Shown in pieces: positions 48,167 to 61,706 of a stretch of DNA of 64,000 nt (its first letter is position 1; each line of letters starts with the position of its first letter). Below the pieces are notes generated by a model. It was not told the DNA's origin, did not search any database, and worked only from the letters and a program-made list of their open reading frames with translations. This DNA is from Vicugna vicugna (lineage: Eukaryota): NCBI GenBank assembly GCA_013265495.1, contig MU057989.1, positions 573,513 to 637,512 on the forward strand, written 5' to 3'. A program made the position numbers and the translations under genes.

Positions 48167-49029
48167 GTGAGATTACTTTGCTTTTATTTAATGTTTTTGT
48201 GCTTGGAACTCGAAAATAGTAAAAATTCCTGGCCCTACAGGGTAGTAACGCCAGGCTTTGTAACAAAGAAGGGATTTGTCAGCAGGGAAGTGACAGATTT
48301 AGAGGACGTTCTGGAATACCTAGGCTGCTTCCGCATTATAAATGTGGACAATTCCTCATGTTTCTCAAATTTTGTCAGTTTTATTAATTTAATATTTCTC
48401 TTAAATTCTTCAATAATTTTAGTGAATGCTGTATTTTGTGGACTCTTCACTCCTTATATAACCAGTTCCTCACTGCTGGGCATTCAGATGATTTCCAGGT
48501 TTTCTTTAGTCTAAACAGCACTGTAATAAAGAGAATGCCCACCAGCCTTTACTACTCACCCGTGAGCAGGTACTATTTGTACATCTCATCTGAAGTATTC
48601 ATTGGAAAGGCAGAGAGCTGGGGGGACTCAGGACTCAGACTACTTAGGTTTGAATCCCTCTGTGTGATTTTAGGCCAGTTAACTCACTAAGTGCCCCTGG
48701 GCCTCACTTTCCTCATCTGTAAAATGGGGAGAATGACAGTGCCCACCACATAGGGTTCTTATGAGCATCCATTATGACAGGGTGTGTCATACATAGTCTC
48801 TGGCACATAGTAGGTATTCAGTCATCATTAGAGATTTATTTTATTCCATAGACACAGACGAGGGAACCTTATGGAGGAGTGGTTATAAATTAGGAAGTAT
48901 TTATACTTCCTTTTATATACTATTTAAAAATTAAGAGTAGCTATGAAACAAGAATTTGCTGAGAGTTATACAAAAGTCAAAGATTGATAGGTTTTTGTAG
49001 TACTCTTGTTGTAAAACAGTAATAACTCC

Positions 49030-50340
49030 CCAGGCGACCCAGCACGGGGAGTCAGAGCCTCAGCAGGGGAGAAGGGCAGGACAGCCGAGATGGCAGTTTG
49101 GTTACGTACAGGCAGATTGATCAAGTAAGTAAATGTGTTAAAGATAATGGAAGCCAAGGTTCTTACTGTTGGAGGAGGGAGTTACAATATGAAAAGGGAT
49201 AAAATTAGAATGAAACTTGAAATAAGAGTTGTTGGTTAAGTGCATGGTTTTCAGTACGTATATAGGTAGATACAGGAATAAATTTTGTTATACGTATGTG
49301 TCCGTGTAGCATATGTATGACATGTTTATGTGCATACTCATGCACACCCACATACACATACATTTCTTAGCTCTGAGCACACCTGGCACCCAGATCTTGG
49401 CTTCTAAATGCCATTTCTCCACTGAAAGGAACTAGGGCTCTTGGGGAGAAATGTCGGATTCCAGAGCCGGAACAAGAAAGTAGATCTTCTTGTGCCAGAA
49501 AGCAAGGAAATAGTCGAAGAATGACAAGGATCTGCCAAGGACACAGCAGCCAGCCTGAGTGGGCTTCCCCTGGCCACACCAGGGACAGTTTGTGCATCAA
49601 AATAAATTATAGTAATGGATTATAGACCATTGAATGAAATGGGAGAGCATGGGTTCTCACTGATACAAAAAATATATGAATACATTGAAAGCTGATAAAG
49701 AGCAGATTTTTCACATAGTTTCAAAGTAGCTCCCCACAAAATACTTACTAATTACAGAGAGGAACAGGCTTTATCTGAGAAGCCTGACAGACACACTCTA
49801 ATCCAGTGATCAAAATGAACATCACCAGTAGTGGGGCAAATCGAAGTTAAGTACGCCTGATGGGATGCAGTTACATCTGTGCTATTCCTGCCAGAGACGC
49901 ATAACCTGAAGCTAATCAGACACAGGCAAGCTGAGGGGCGTTCTATAAGTCACCTGGCCCTTGCTCTTCAACTGTGAGAAGGTCATGAGTGTCCAGAAGA
50001 GGCTAAGGAGCTGGTCCAGACTGAAGGTCCAGACTAAGGAGGCAGGCAGACTGAATGCCAGGGGTGACTCCCTGTTACGGACTTCACGGGGACTGTGGGA
50101 AACTTGAATGGGTCTGATGGTTGGATGGCAATAGCGTATCAGTGCTCGTTTCCTGCTTTGATGGTTGTATTACGGTTATGTATGAGAAAGTCCTCATTCG
50201 TGGAAAATACACGCGAATGTATTCAGAGGTGATGGAGCATCAGGTCAGCAACTCACTATCACCTAGGTCAGGAAAAAATGCTTTGTCTTATACCCCAGTT
50301 GTTGTAAGTTCATGATTGTTCCTAATTTAAAAAAAAAATT
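49030..50340 (+). mobile_element. Old L1MC/MD-type 3' region
   Basis: cagatcttggcttctaaatgccatt...aaaggaactagggctc; taatccagtgatcaaaatgaacatcaccagta; ends aaaaaaaaa. Confidence 0.55.
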
Positions 50341-51175
50341 TTTAATGATAGTACTCTTGTGCTTGTCAGTGTTCTGCCTGAATCAAGTTAGCATGGCATG
50401 AATGAGGGTGAGGTTCATTTCTTGGTGAATACCTCTTAAGATACCTTTTTTCCTTTTTTTGAGACTGAACCAGCACAAGCTTTATACAATGGCCAGAGTG
50501 GAGACGTGGGAACCTAGTTCATAAGTCAGCTTCTCCAAGATATCTTTTTGTTATTGGAAAATATCCATGGTATTTGATAATTCTAAAAATAAAACCAAAT
50601 CAACAACATGGATACTTAAAAGAGGTTATAAAATATAGACCATTTAGGTAAAAAAAAAAAAACCCAGAAAATTATTTGCGTTTATCATATTGATCTTATT
50701 TGAGGAACAGAACTTTTTTAAAAATCTTGTTTTTGAGGTCAGATAAATTCACTAGGTTTTAATCTAACTTGGATTCAGAGAAGTAGTAGTCATCAACTTG
50801 AGTTGTTTGTTCGGAAAGGAGACCCTCCTTGTCTTCCTCTGAGAGTGAACTCACTTCTCTGCTGGGTTTTTTTTTTTTAAGTATTTGCAGCAAATGGATG
50901 GTTAGTGATATGATTATCTTCATGAAAGCATCTTGGAAATGGTTAGTGTACCTAGACGGAAAAAATTAAACCATAAGTTGACTGGCAATAAAAAGTGATG
51001 AGTTCCAAATATGCACTGTCTCTCAAAGTCGTGGAGAGTGTCTGGGTTTCTTAGATGATTTCTTTGTGGACCCCATGGTGTTTCAGAGCCCTGCAGGTAA
51101 ACAGCCAATAAATCTTTATGGGGCTACAGACATGCGAAGTTCTGGAGGGGAGAACCCCCATCCTGGCCACAAGGG

Positions 51176-51570
51176 GTGGACCTAGATATTATCATACCAA
51201 GCGAAGTAAGTCAGACAGAGAAAGACAAATACCATATGATAGCATTTATATGTGGAATCTAAAATATGACACAAATGAACTTATTTACGAAATAGAAACA
51301 GACTCACAGACATAGAAAACAAACTTATGGTTACCAGAGGGCAAAGAAGGGGAGGGATAAATTAGTTCAGGATTAGCAGATACAAACACCTGTTTATAAA
51401 ATAGTTAAACAACAAAGTCCTACTGTATAACACAGGGAACTATATTCAGTAGCTTGTAAGAACCTACAATGAGAAAGAATATATATATATATATAACTGA
51501 ATCACTATGCTGTACACGAGGAACTAACACAACAATGTAAATGAACTATACTTCAAATTTTTTTTAAAAA
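51176..51570 (+). mobile_element. L1 3' end (artiodactyl/camelid type)
   Basis: gtggacctagatattatcatac..agtaagtcagacagagaaagacaaataccatatgat...gaaacagactcacagacatagaaaacaaacttatggttacc...aactatacttcaa. Confidence 0.85.
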
Positions 51571-52253
51571 TTAGGAGCTTAACAGCAGAGTAGGATAGTC
51601 CAAACCTGGGGAGGCATTCCACCCCCAGCTGGTTGTGTTCCCAGCATCAGTCCTGGTGCAGCAGGTTGCAGCTCTGAGCCCCAGGCCCTGACCTGGGGCT
51701 TCCCAGACAACACGAATGTGAAGGCACAGTACACTTACTTGGACTCCCCCTGCTCAAGGGAACTTGCTCTTACAAGAGGATGGGGAGGCCTGCGGTTTTC
51801 ATCAGTGATCTCTTGGCCCCTTCATTCAGCCCCCTTTGCCCAAGGCCTGTGTCCCACTGCTGCCCTGCCCCCTCCCCCCCAAAGGCTGGGTCACACTGGA
51901 GCCACTGAGGGAGGCAAGTTCTTGCTGACGTCACCAACAGTGGTTTCTCTGTGTATTTCAGTCTGCAGTCGGGGCTCAGCTCCTAGGAGAGGGAGGAGGA
52001 ACCCTCTGTCTCAGTCCCCACAGCCCATGGATTAGAGATAGGAGCAGGCAGTGTTTCTTTCTGTTCCCTTCTAAGTAAAGCTAATATGAAGCTTATGTGT
52101 GCATGTATTCCGTAAGTCAGGTGTTTGTAGCTGGGGGAGTCGTCTGAACAGTGTAAAGTAAGGCAGACAATTCAGAGTGACGTGTAGCCAGTCTAAACAA
52201 GTTTGCTGGCAGGCGTTCTCGGGCCTCTGCTCTGCTTCAGACACTGTTCTTTC

Positions 52254-52321
52254 CATCTTCATTTATTTCCCTGGGCAGAAACACCCTCATCTTCATTTAT
52301 TTCCCTGGGCAGAAACACCCT
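52254..52321. repeat. Perfect 34-bp tandem duplication
   Basis: catcttcatttatttccctgggcagaaacaccct at 52254-52287 and 52288-52321. Confidence 0.95.
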
Positions 52322-52558
52322 CTGCTCATGGAAAAAGAAAAGGGCCATGATTTTTCCTGGGCCTATGTGGTGTTCCCCCTGGAAATGGTTGGTTAAGTGA
52401 GTGATGGCCTGGGGGAGGGTCTGCTCCCTTTGCTTACTTATGTTTCTGTTCAGCATGGTGTTACTGGGCCCGGGGAGCGGGGAAATGCTTCTTTTCCAAG
52501 AGTCAGGTTGTCGGTCCTCACTGGCACATTTGTCTCACTCGTTTCCTGTTAAACGTAG

Positions 52559-52693
<135 letters not shown>

Positions 52694-53574
52694 TAGGTGT
52701 GAGCACCTGGAGAATGATAGAAAGCTGTCTCTGAAAGTTAAAACAGGCCAAGGGGATTTGTTGTCTGTGATATTAACTTTTTGAGTACTGAAAAAGCCTT
52801 GCTTCAGGATGTACGTGTGTTTCTTGTTCTAGCAAGCACACTGCTGAACTCATTCTCTTTACTGCTTTCCATATGTCTGGAAAACTGCTTAATTCCTGAA
52901 CTGCCCTTCAAGCTTTTGTAGCTTCTTGGAACGCAAGGCAAAGTAAATCCAGATGGAGAGAGTTTTACAGGGTTTGGCTCCTAAGATCTGTGTCTTGCCA
53001 TAAATTACGTGGAAACAGAAACATACTCCTGTTTCTTGGTTTGAGTAGATTGTAGACTTTTATAATTCCTCACGAGTAATTCATCTTTCTTCTGACCTTC
53101 CTTTTCAAATCTGTGCCTCACATTTTGTTGTGTGTACTCTTTCTTCTTCTCCCTTCCCTCCCCCTCCCTCCTGTCCTCCCCCCCCCCATTTTTTTTGTAC
53201 CCTCCTCCCCTTGCTCTGTATATATCTCTGTTGCTCTTTGTCCCTTTTCATTCTCCCTTTATTTTTCTGTCTTCACTCCTTCCTCTGTCCAGCTGTTGCA
53301 TTTGCTCTGAATGTGACTTGCTTTTTTGAGATCCTGGTGCGTGGCCCATGCTCTGGCTCCTTGTCCTGTGATCTGTGGGAAGGCAGCCCCTGGGGACAGC
53401 AGACCGTAACCCAGGGAGCATCAAGGCTTCCTCCCAGCCAAGGGCAAGACCGTGCCCCTTCTGCCTCTGGAATCAGGGCTGCCAGATGGATTTGTTTCAT
53501 TTAAAAATTCTGCCTTTCAAGTGTAAATTCATTTTTGTTAAGCCTCATATCTTTTTGTTTCGTTTTATTTAGGG

Positions 53575-53714
53575 TTTTTTTTTGTTTGTTTGTGTTTTTA
53601 GATAAGGTAGGTAATTCAACTGATTGATTGACTGACTGACTGATTGATTGATTTAATGGAGGTACTTGGGATTGAATCCAGGACCTTGTGCTGAGCTATA
53701 CTCCACCCGCCCCC
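53575..53714 (-). mobile_element. tRNA-Ala-derived SINE with internal deletion and (tgat/tgac)n tail
   Basis: atggaggtacttgggattgaatccaggaccttgtg|ctgagctatac. Confidence 0.8.
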
Positions 53715-53926
53715 AGATCTTTTTAATAGAAAAATTTCTGTTTTTCTCTAGTACAAAAGATTATAAATTGTTTTCTCATTTATCTGTTTATATTTTTAAA
53801 ATAACAGAGTTTTCCCTTTAAGATCAATATTAAGAGAAAAAAATAAATTCAGCTAATGAGTTGAAACAGGTTTTTATGTTATGGCTTTGTTTTTAAATTT
53901 TATATTGTTTAAGAACTTAGCTTTGT

Positions 53927-54023
53927 TGGGGGAGGCACTGGGTATAGCTCAGTGGTAGAGCACTTAGCATGCACAAGGTCCTGGGTTCAATCCCCTGTAC
54001 CTCCATTAAAACAAAACAAAACA
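53927..54023 (+). mobile_element. tRNA-Ala-derived SINE
   Basis: gggtatagctcagtggtagagcacttagcatgcacaaggtcctgggttcaatcccctgtacctccattaaaac(aaaac)n. Confidence 0.85.
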
Positions 54024-54653
54024 AGCAGCTTTAATTTGTAGCAACCTATATTTCCCTTTTTAGAGGATTGATTTATTTGAGAACATCCAGTTAGCAGACT
54101 GTTATGCCCAACTAAGATAATGCGCATGTTTAATTTATTGACTTATTATTTTTTAATTGATTTTTAGAGATGTGTATGGTGTATGATTATTTTTTAAGTC
54201 TGTATCGAAATCTGTGCTATATTGAATGAGAAAAAAGACTGCAAGGCTTCATTTATACTATTATACTTAATGTTTGTTTAAAAAATGCATTCCCGTAAGT
54301 ATGCATAGAAAAGTCTGGAAAAGATGTGTGTCAGATATTAAGTGCTAACACCTAGCGATGGGATTGTAAAGTAATTTTGATTTCATTCATCATATTTCCA
54401 GGATTATTTCTAGTTTTTACAAAGAGCATATCTTACTTTTTGATTTAAAAAAAATTAATCTTCATTTTGTGGGCAGGAAAGACAAAGGGGGAAATTAGCT
54501 TTAAGCAGTCACGAGAGTGAAGCGCCTTCTCCAGTTAAAGGCTTACCATAGAAAACCAGGACGAAGTCTGGAGTTCTGAATACCAGTTTCAAACAGCTGG
54601 ATATTTGTGTATTTGACTAACCTTTCCATTTTAATTTCATTTTGTTGTTCTAG

Positions 54654-54795
54654 GCCAGCCTTTATGGATGAATACGAGAAGGTTGAGGAAGAGCTGCAAA
54701 AGCAGTATGACGTTTACCTGGAGAAATTTCGAAATCTGGCTTATCTGGAACAACAACTCGAGGACCATCATAGGATGGAGCAAGAGAGGTTTGAG
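54654..54795 (+). CDS. CLUAP1: CLUAP1 exon 8
   Basis: [47 protein letters not shown]; ctag| and |gtaagt; 142 nt. Confidence 0.96.
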
Positions 54796-55037
54796 GTAAG
54801 TGCCGAGCCAGCTCTTCTGTACAAACCGTTCCTTCTCGCGTGTTGCTTTGTACTTGTTGACACATCAGTTTGTAAGTATCATTGTGAAAAGAATGTGGAT
54901 GAATGTCTTTTCTCCCTGACCAGGCGAGGATTGCTTATATAATTCTTCTGCTTTTTTGGTTGTGTGGCCTGGACTCCGGGGCTGTCAAATCTTTGCTATT
55001 CGTTTATCACCAGAGTTTGGTCACTTAGGACCATAGG

Positions 55038-55190
55038 CAGGGCCGGCACGTGACCTGTGTGCAGCCGCACCCGACTCCAAGCTTACAAGGGCCTGGGCTT
55101 GCTTTAGTGCTCTGCTGTCACCATCTTGAAATTCTTAATAAATTTTAACTACATTTTGTTTTGCACTGAGTCCCACAAGTTATGTAAAGT
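55038..55190. mobile_element. MER53-like DNA transposon relic
   Basis: gctctgctgtcaccatcttgaaattcttaataatttt...ttttgcactgagtcccacaagttatgta. Confidence 0.6.
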
Positions 55191-56029
55191 GTGGTCTGGA
55201 GGACAGATCTAAAAACTTGCTTGGTCAGTTCACTTTTTAAAGATTTTCGAGGCCTGGTTAATTGAGTAATCCAAACTGGCTTCTCAGGCACTGCTTTATA
55301 AAGAGGAATTGTAGTTTACTGATTGTTGTGGGAAATATGTATAACCCCAGAACCTGACTAGCTGTCTTGCACATGCCTCTCATCCCAATGTGTAAGACCA
55401 TTTAGGAAAGAGTATTTCGGATCCCAGCATGAGCTGATAAATGTGGAATGCAGAGCAGAGGAGGTTGGACCAAGTTGCTATCACTTTTTAAATTGCCCTT
55501 ATACCTGAGGGATATTTCTGCTTAACCCAGAATAGTCATTTGGAATCACTGTTCATGGTGAAATTGGTCTGCAGTCTCCCTTTCTCATACTGTCCTTGAC
55601 AGCGTTTGGTATAAAGGTTATCCTGGCCTTCGTACAAACCTGGACATTTGAACTAGGTGATGCTACTTTATTGTCCAGGAGAGCTGGCTATGAGTAACTA
55701 ACACCTTCGTCTGGACACATTTATCTTGACGAGGAACCTGGTGCCACTCTTGCTACATGGCAGAGGCAGGCCCTGGAGGAACAAGGTCCTGGACTGGTGT
55801 GTTTAAGGACATTTTAAACATTGGGTGTCTGGAAAGGAACAGGAAAGAGCCAGTGAGAATAAACTGACTATTTAGTATTGTTGTCTAGGCCTCCCCTGGG
55901 GTCAGAGGACGTATCGAAGAAAATGCCTCAGGACGCAGTGGGCAGCCCCAGCTCCTTCTGAGGGTCCCCTTTCCCCCCCCCCCCCCCCCCACCAAACCCC
56001 AACTTCCTTTTTTTTTTTTCTCCTCCCCC

Positions 56030-56046
56030 NNNNNNNNNNNNNNNNN
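56030..56046. other. Assembly gap (17 N)
   Basis: Run of n flanked by poly-C and poly-T low-complexity sequence. Confidence 0.99.
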
Positions 56047-56776
56047 CCTTCCCGCCCACCCTCCCCTCAACAACTACCTACTCTGGTTTTCTTCTGTCCT
56101 CACGCCAATTCCCTCTGCTTCTCATTCCCGATCCCTCAAAATATTTCATGCATGAAATAATGTTTCCTTTTTAATGTTAGAACAACAACATATTTTTAAA
56201 AGCCAATTTCCTCTCCCATCCTCTCTTTTGACAGTAATCAGGTCCACATTTCATAACCTAACCCAAGGGTTAGCTTTCTTTAATCCTCTGGGAATTAGGG
56301 CTAGTATTTCTTTCTCTTATCCTAACTTAATCAGTCCTGCCATTGGCATCTTTCAGGGCTAGAACTGTGCAAAGCAAAAAAAAAATGATATAATTAAAGT
56401 GCTTTATTTTAAGAGCAGGAGGCCTGTACTGTCCCATAGTTGGTGCACCTGTTCCCCTGTCCACATCCCACACAGGCACGCATGACGGGCATCTCGTGTC
56501 GTCAGATTGCTTCAGAGCCAGTGAGGTGCAGTGGGAGGAGCGTGGGTCTGGACGCCGGTCAGGCCCATCCTGGGCCAGCTGTGTCATTTCCAGGAACCTT
56601 CCTTTGCACAGGGCTGCTGGAGTGATGGCTGAGGAAGGTGTCCAGGTTCCCTCTGCCTGTGTCAGAGTTAGCTTCTGCTTCTGTGTCAGGATTAGCAGTA
56701 CTTACTCATGTGGTAAAGAGTAATAAAACAGTCCAAAAAAGGGTCACCTCTGGATCTTGTTTTCCCTGCTCCACAG

Positions 56777-56849
56777 GAAGCTGAAAACACTCTCCGTCTG
56801 ATGCAGAACAAGCTCAAGGAGGAAGAGAAGCGGCTGCTCAAGACTGAAA
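56777..56849 (+). CDS. CLUAP1: CLUAP1 exon 9
   Basis: EAENTLRLMQNKLKEEEKRLLKTE(S); cacag| and |gtaagc; 73 nt. Confidence 0.95.
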
Positions 56850-59261
56850 GTAAGCTTACGCCTTTCAGACGGATGTGCCTGCTCTGGGTTAGTGTCTTTA
56901 GCCTTAGAAAACTTCCATGGATATTTTATTTATTTCCAAAAGGCAATTTTTTCACAATTTTTGTATCAGGTGCCACTTTCATTCACCTAAGTGCTTGAGA
57001 GGCTGTTTGAAGTTACAAAGCATTTAAACACATTTGGTTTTCATGCCAACGGAGATACTGTTTTCCCCTGTTGAAACAACACCATTAGTTTGAATTATAC
57101 ATAATTATAAAAGAAAATTTGGTCTTGGAGGTCTGTAGGGTTCCTTGTTTGGGGGCAAACTGAGGGCAAGAAGCATCATAATACTGTGCCACACACACCC
57201 ATCAAATGTCCCCCAATAAGCCCAAATCGTTCATCAAGGCTCTCACCTGTAGAGAAGTAGGGTCACCTTCACGTAAGGCCTAGATTCTGGGAAGGAAGGT
57301 TCCCCGTGACTGGTCAGCGCACTTCATCCGTGGACTTCACCAGGGTGTCACGCCAGCCTCGGGAACAGCAGCTGAGCTGGGCTTCGTGCTGGACTGAGCC
57401 CTCTGTCTCACAGAACTACTCCTCTTGCTTATTCCTCTTTTTTCATGATGGTGCCTTCTCTCATGCTTGAGGGTGGTGTACCTGGCACTTCAGGGGTGCT
57501 CTCTCCCTGTCTCTTCCCTTTGTACCTCCTTCCTGCTGCCCTCGTTCTAGGCCCCTCTCTCCTGACACTCAGGAAACTCTGGAAGGAGAGTAGGGACTGC
57601 TGGGAAGTCCTCTAGGGGCAAGTTTAGAAAATACCAAGGGCCTCTCTAGCCAAAGCAGCCCCTCACCTTTATGGTTCCAGGTCAGCCAGGAGAGCCCGAA
57701 GCAGCCCTAAGTGATAAGCCTGCATGGAGTTTGTCCCCTTCTGAGAGGCCCGGCACAGGTAAGAGCCCGGCTGGTTGGCTGCATCCTGCTCTGCCCTTGG
57801 ACCGGCGCATTAAGACCTCTCCCACTGATCTCGCTTTCTTCTTCCGAACTCAGGCTTTTGTTTTGTGATCCGTAGGTTTGAGATCTCACGAAGGACAGAG
57901 ATTCTTATGAATGTATGTGGTTTAGTTTGTTCGGAAAAATAATTTCCAGTTGAAATCAACTTAATGAAGGATAGTGCTTAATTAGCTTGCGGTGAGCAAA
58001 GAAGTTGGGAAATTTTTATGAAGGATCGTTCTCAGTTCTGTTCATCCCAAGCATTTGAAGATGCCTTGTCTGTCTTCACTTTTCTGCGTATGTGGGAACA
58101 TTGCCCAGACCACTGGGGTCAGGGAGGAGAGATATAAAGGAAGAGTTTCTGAATTTTTCTCCCATCTGTGAAAGACTTCTCTGAAAGAAAAATCTAATAG
58201 TGCATAGACATGAGTCAGGGAAAGAATTAGCAAAATCTGAGAGCTGGGGGAGATCATCTTGTTGAGACCACTGTGCAGGCAGCTGATTCAACCCAGCAGA
58301 GCATTACTGAGTGTCTGTTCTGGGCGCTAAGGACACGTCAGTGGACAGCAGACAGGGCTCTTTGTCTTAAATGATGTGACATACTAGCGACATGCTAGGA
58401 GACAAATAGTAAGCAGGCTGTTCGTGGAAGGTGAAAGGTGCCATGGGGGAGAAAGTGGGCAGTTCGAAGGGCATGGGGAGGGTGTAATAGAATTGCAGTT
58501 TTAACTGGGAGTCAAGGTAGACCTCGCGAGGAGATGCTATTTAAGCAAAGACTAAACCAGTAGAGCTGGGGAGAAGGGAGATACCAAATGAGGGGCGTCC
58601 CAGAAAGGCTGGGAGCCCGAGCCCAGGGAGAGGGATGAGTTTTGCTGAGTGAGGAGCTGTATGAACACTCAGGGCTTGAGTGCAGGCAGGTCAGAGGAGC
58701 TGGGAAGTGGGTTGTGTGCTTGCAGGGCTCATGTCCGATGGGTACTATCTGCTCTGATCAGCAGGACGTGAAGTCATCACAGGTTTGGCTTTGGGGGTTG
58801 GGAGTGAGGGCTTGGAGGAGGAGAAAGTTTGAGTAATGAGAGATGAGAGAATGCCCTGGGGGCCCCAGCGATTGAAAAGGTGAAGTACTCTTTGGAGATG
58901 CCCTGTGGGAAAGGTCAAAGGGCAGCTCTGCATCTTCCCACCATCCTTGTAAACCTTATTGCTGGTGGTAAATTTGTAACTGTACCCTCTGTAGGATTCA
59001 AGCACTGTAGCATTAGGAACTTAGCGAATCCTGGGAATTTATAAAACGACCCAGGAGTTTCTAGAAAGCTGCTGAGTAACCTCATTTTTATAGTGTCATA
59101 GAGAGCAGATGTTCATGCATTCCATGCACATTGTGTACCTACTGTGTGTCAGCTGTTGTGCTAGAGCACAGCGATGGAAGAGGCCCTCAGGGAGCTCCAG
59201 GTCTAGAGCTGCCCCATGGGTACCTGGCCCCGGGCTCGTGTTTTTGAGCGTTTGAAAGATG

Positions 59262-59511
59262 GCTTGTCCAAATTGAGATGTGTGGTTCGTGGAGACCATA
59301 CACCAGATTTTGGAAACTTAGTATAAAAGAAAAGTAAAATTACTCAATAATTGTTTACACTGGTTGCTTATCGAAACGACATTTTAGATAGATTGGCTTA
59401 AATAAAACATTATTGAAATTAATTCACCTGTTTCTTTTTATTTTAATGTAGTCACTAGAAAATTTTAAATTGCATCTGTGGCTGGCATTATGTTTCTGTT
59501 GGACAGGGCTG
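59262..59511. mobile_element. MER33-like hAT-Charlie relic
   Basis: ccaaattgagatgtg...taaataaaacattattgaaattaattcacctgtttctttttattttaatgt...ttctgttggacag. Confidence 0.65.
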
Positions 59512-59589
59512 ATCTAAAAGGAAAAACTTACAAAGAAACTTCTGCATAAATTATGGAAACTTCCTATATAAATGGGTGTGGGGTGGTGA

Positions 59590-60260
59590 GGTGGTTTTGG
59601 TGTGAATTTCTCTGATAGCTGATGAAATGGAGCATCTTTTCATCTGCTTATTGGTTGTGTATCTTCTTTGGAGAGATTTAATCAAGTCCTTCGCACTTTT
59701 TTTTTTTAATAAAAGTAGATTTATTTAGAGAGGTGTACACGAGGTTGGTGGGGGTTGGTTAAAGTAAAGGCAGATACACACTCCACAGAGTGCAGGCCAT
59801 CTCGGAAGGTGAGAGAACAACCCTTTGCACATTTTTAAATTGGGCTATTTATCTTTTTTCTATTGAGTTATATACTCTTTATATATTCTAGATACTACCC
59901 TTAAGTGATTTGTGATTTGCAAATATTTTCTGTCATTCTTTGGGCTGTCTTTTCACTTTCTTGATGATGTCAAGTTTTAATGAAGTCCAGTCTATTTTCC
60001 CTTTGTTGCTTGTGCTTTTAGTGTCATATTTAAGAAAATGCCGAATTCAAGATCACCCAGATTTACCCCTGTTTTCTTCTAGGAGTTTATAGTTTTAACT
60101 CTTGCATTTAGATCTCTGATCCATTTTCAGTTAATTCTGTACATGATGTGATGTAGGGGTCCAGCCTTGTTCTTTTGCATGTGGCTATCCAGTTGTCCCA
60201 GCATCATTTTTTGGAAAGTTTCTGCTTTTCCTTTGGAATTATACCAGCACCCTTGTTGAC
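59590..60260 (-). mobile_element. Antisense old L1 ORF2 3' fragment
   Basis: gagcatcttttcatctgcttattgg, tgatttgcaaatattttct, tttgttgcttgtgcttttagtgtcatat, atccagttgtcccagcatcattt. Confidence 0.75.
59697..59821 (-). mobile_element. Short polyadenylated retro-insert resembling an ERV LTR U3-R end
   Basis: On - strand ...gagatggcctgcactctgtggagtgtgtatct...ctctctaAATAAAtctacttttatt then polyA; imperfect TSD ccttcgcac-tttt / cctttgcacatttt. Confidence 0.65.
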
Positions 60261-61598
60261 TGTATTGATTTCAGCGTCACTGACAACTCAGTGGTTTCAG
60301 TATCAGGATGTGTTAACTTTAGTTTACGTGCTCACTCCTCAGTCTGTTGCTTTGTGTTGTCCAAAGAAATTGTACTGAGTCTGAGGTGCCTGGATTAATG
60401 TGGCTTTAAAATCGGCGATATCATGTGCTTTATATTGCGTGGAGCGAGGATTTAATGTCATAGTTTTCCTGGGTGAAGTAAACAGTGAACTAATGTGAAT
60501 AGTGATTTCATTGTACGGTCCTTAGCTTGTGTTAATACATCATCACACTCTCTGAAAGGGAAGAGCTTTTATAAGGTGGCAGTTTTCAGGTCGATTGTGT
60601 GGAAGCCTTTGCAGGGTGCTCTTACTGACACTGTCTCCAGCTTTCAGGGTCGCCCCCTCGCGCTGTGGGGCACAGCTCCAATCCACGGCTAAAGAAACCA
60701 GAAAGCTTTCTCCGCGCCCAGCGAGGTGCAGCTGTCCTGTCATTCTGTCTTACAGCAGGGGCTGGACAGAGCCTGTTCATAGATGAACAATTACTCAACT
60801 TCCAGACTGTCTTAAGAGTCAGCGATCAGAACAGCAACTGCAAATTCTTCAGTCCCATCCTTCTAAAACCGCTGTCACTCTGAGCACAGAGAAGTCAGGC
60901 AGGGCGGTGAAAGCTTTTTCTCCCCGCTGTGGAAACTCTCCTTCTGTAGGTTTACACTGGGAAATTTTCAACCCACACGACTCCAGAGGCAAATTTAAGA
61001 AATTAATGCAAAAGGCCATTGTACTGAGAATGACCCTTCTTTATCTTTGTGATAAATTTTCTCTGGTAAAGAGTATTGTGAGCCCCAATTTTCATTGCCT
61101 GTTACTAGGCAGCTGAGTTTCCCAGGCCAGCCCCGCTCGGGCCCTTCCTGGCCTTATCTCCCCCCTGTTTTGGGGAAGTTGCCAGCCTTCCCAGTGGACT
61201 CCACTTCCTCCCCTTCCTCCTTTCTGTGATCCTCGAGGAGCTCGACTTCTGCTAACACAGCCTAGGACTGAACAGAGAATGGTTTTCCCCGCAACTAACC
61301 AAGAACCTCCAGCTACCTTGCCAGCTGGCTGTGCAGTTTTTCAGTTTTATGTAGTGCTTCTAACTGATAATATTGACCCGCTTTTTTCTTACTTTGGAGA
61401 GTTGTTTAGAAAGAGCTAGCCTTGCGTCGTCTGCATTAACTCTTCACTGGGTCTCCCGAGAGCCTTGTGTAATCAAAAGCATCAAAAGAAAGGCTGAGCA
61501 GCCCAGGTGGCTTTTCTCAAGAGCCTTACTGGACAGAAGCTGTTTTAGAGTCAGTGATGGAGCCACCCTTCTGTTTTGCCTGCTTGTGTTCCCGTCAG

Positions 61599-61706
61599 GT
61601 AATGATGACTCAGACATTGACATCCAGGAGGACGATGAACCCGACAGTGAACTGGAGGAGAGACAGCTGTCCAAGCCGCGGACTGCCATGGAGGTGCTCA
61701 TGCAAG
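61599..61706 (+). CDS. CLUAP1: CLUAP1 exon 10
   Basis: [35 protein letters not shown](G); gtcag| and |gtacca; 108 nt. Confidence 0.95.
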
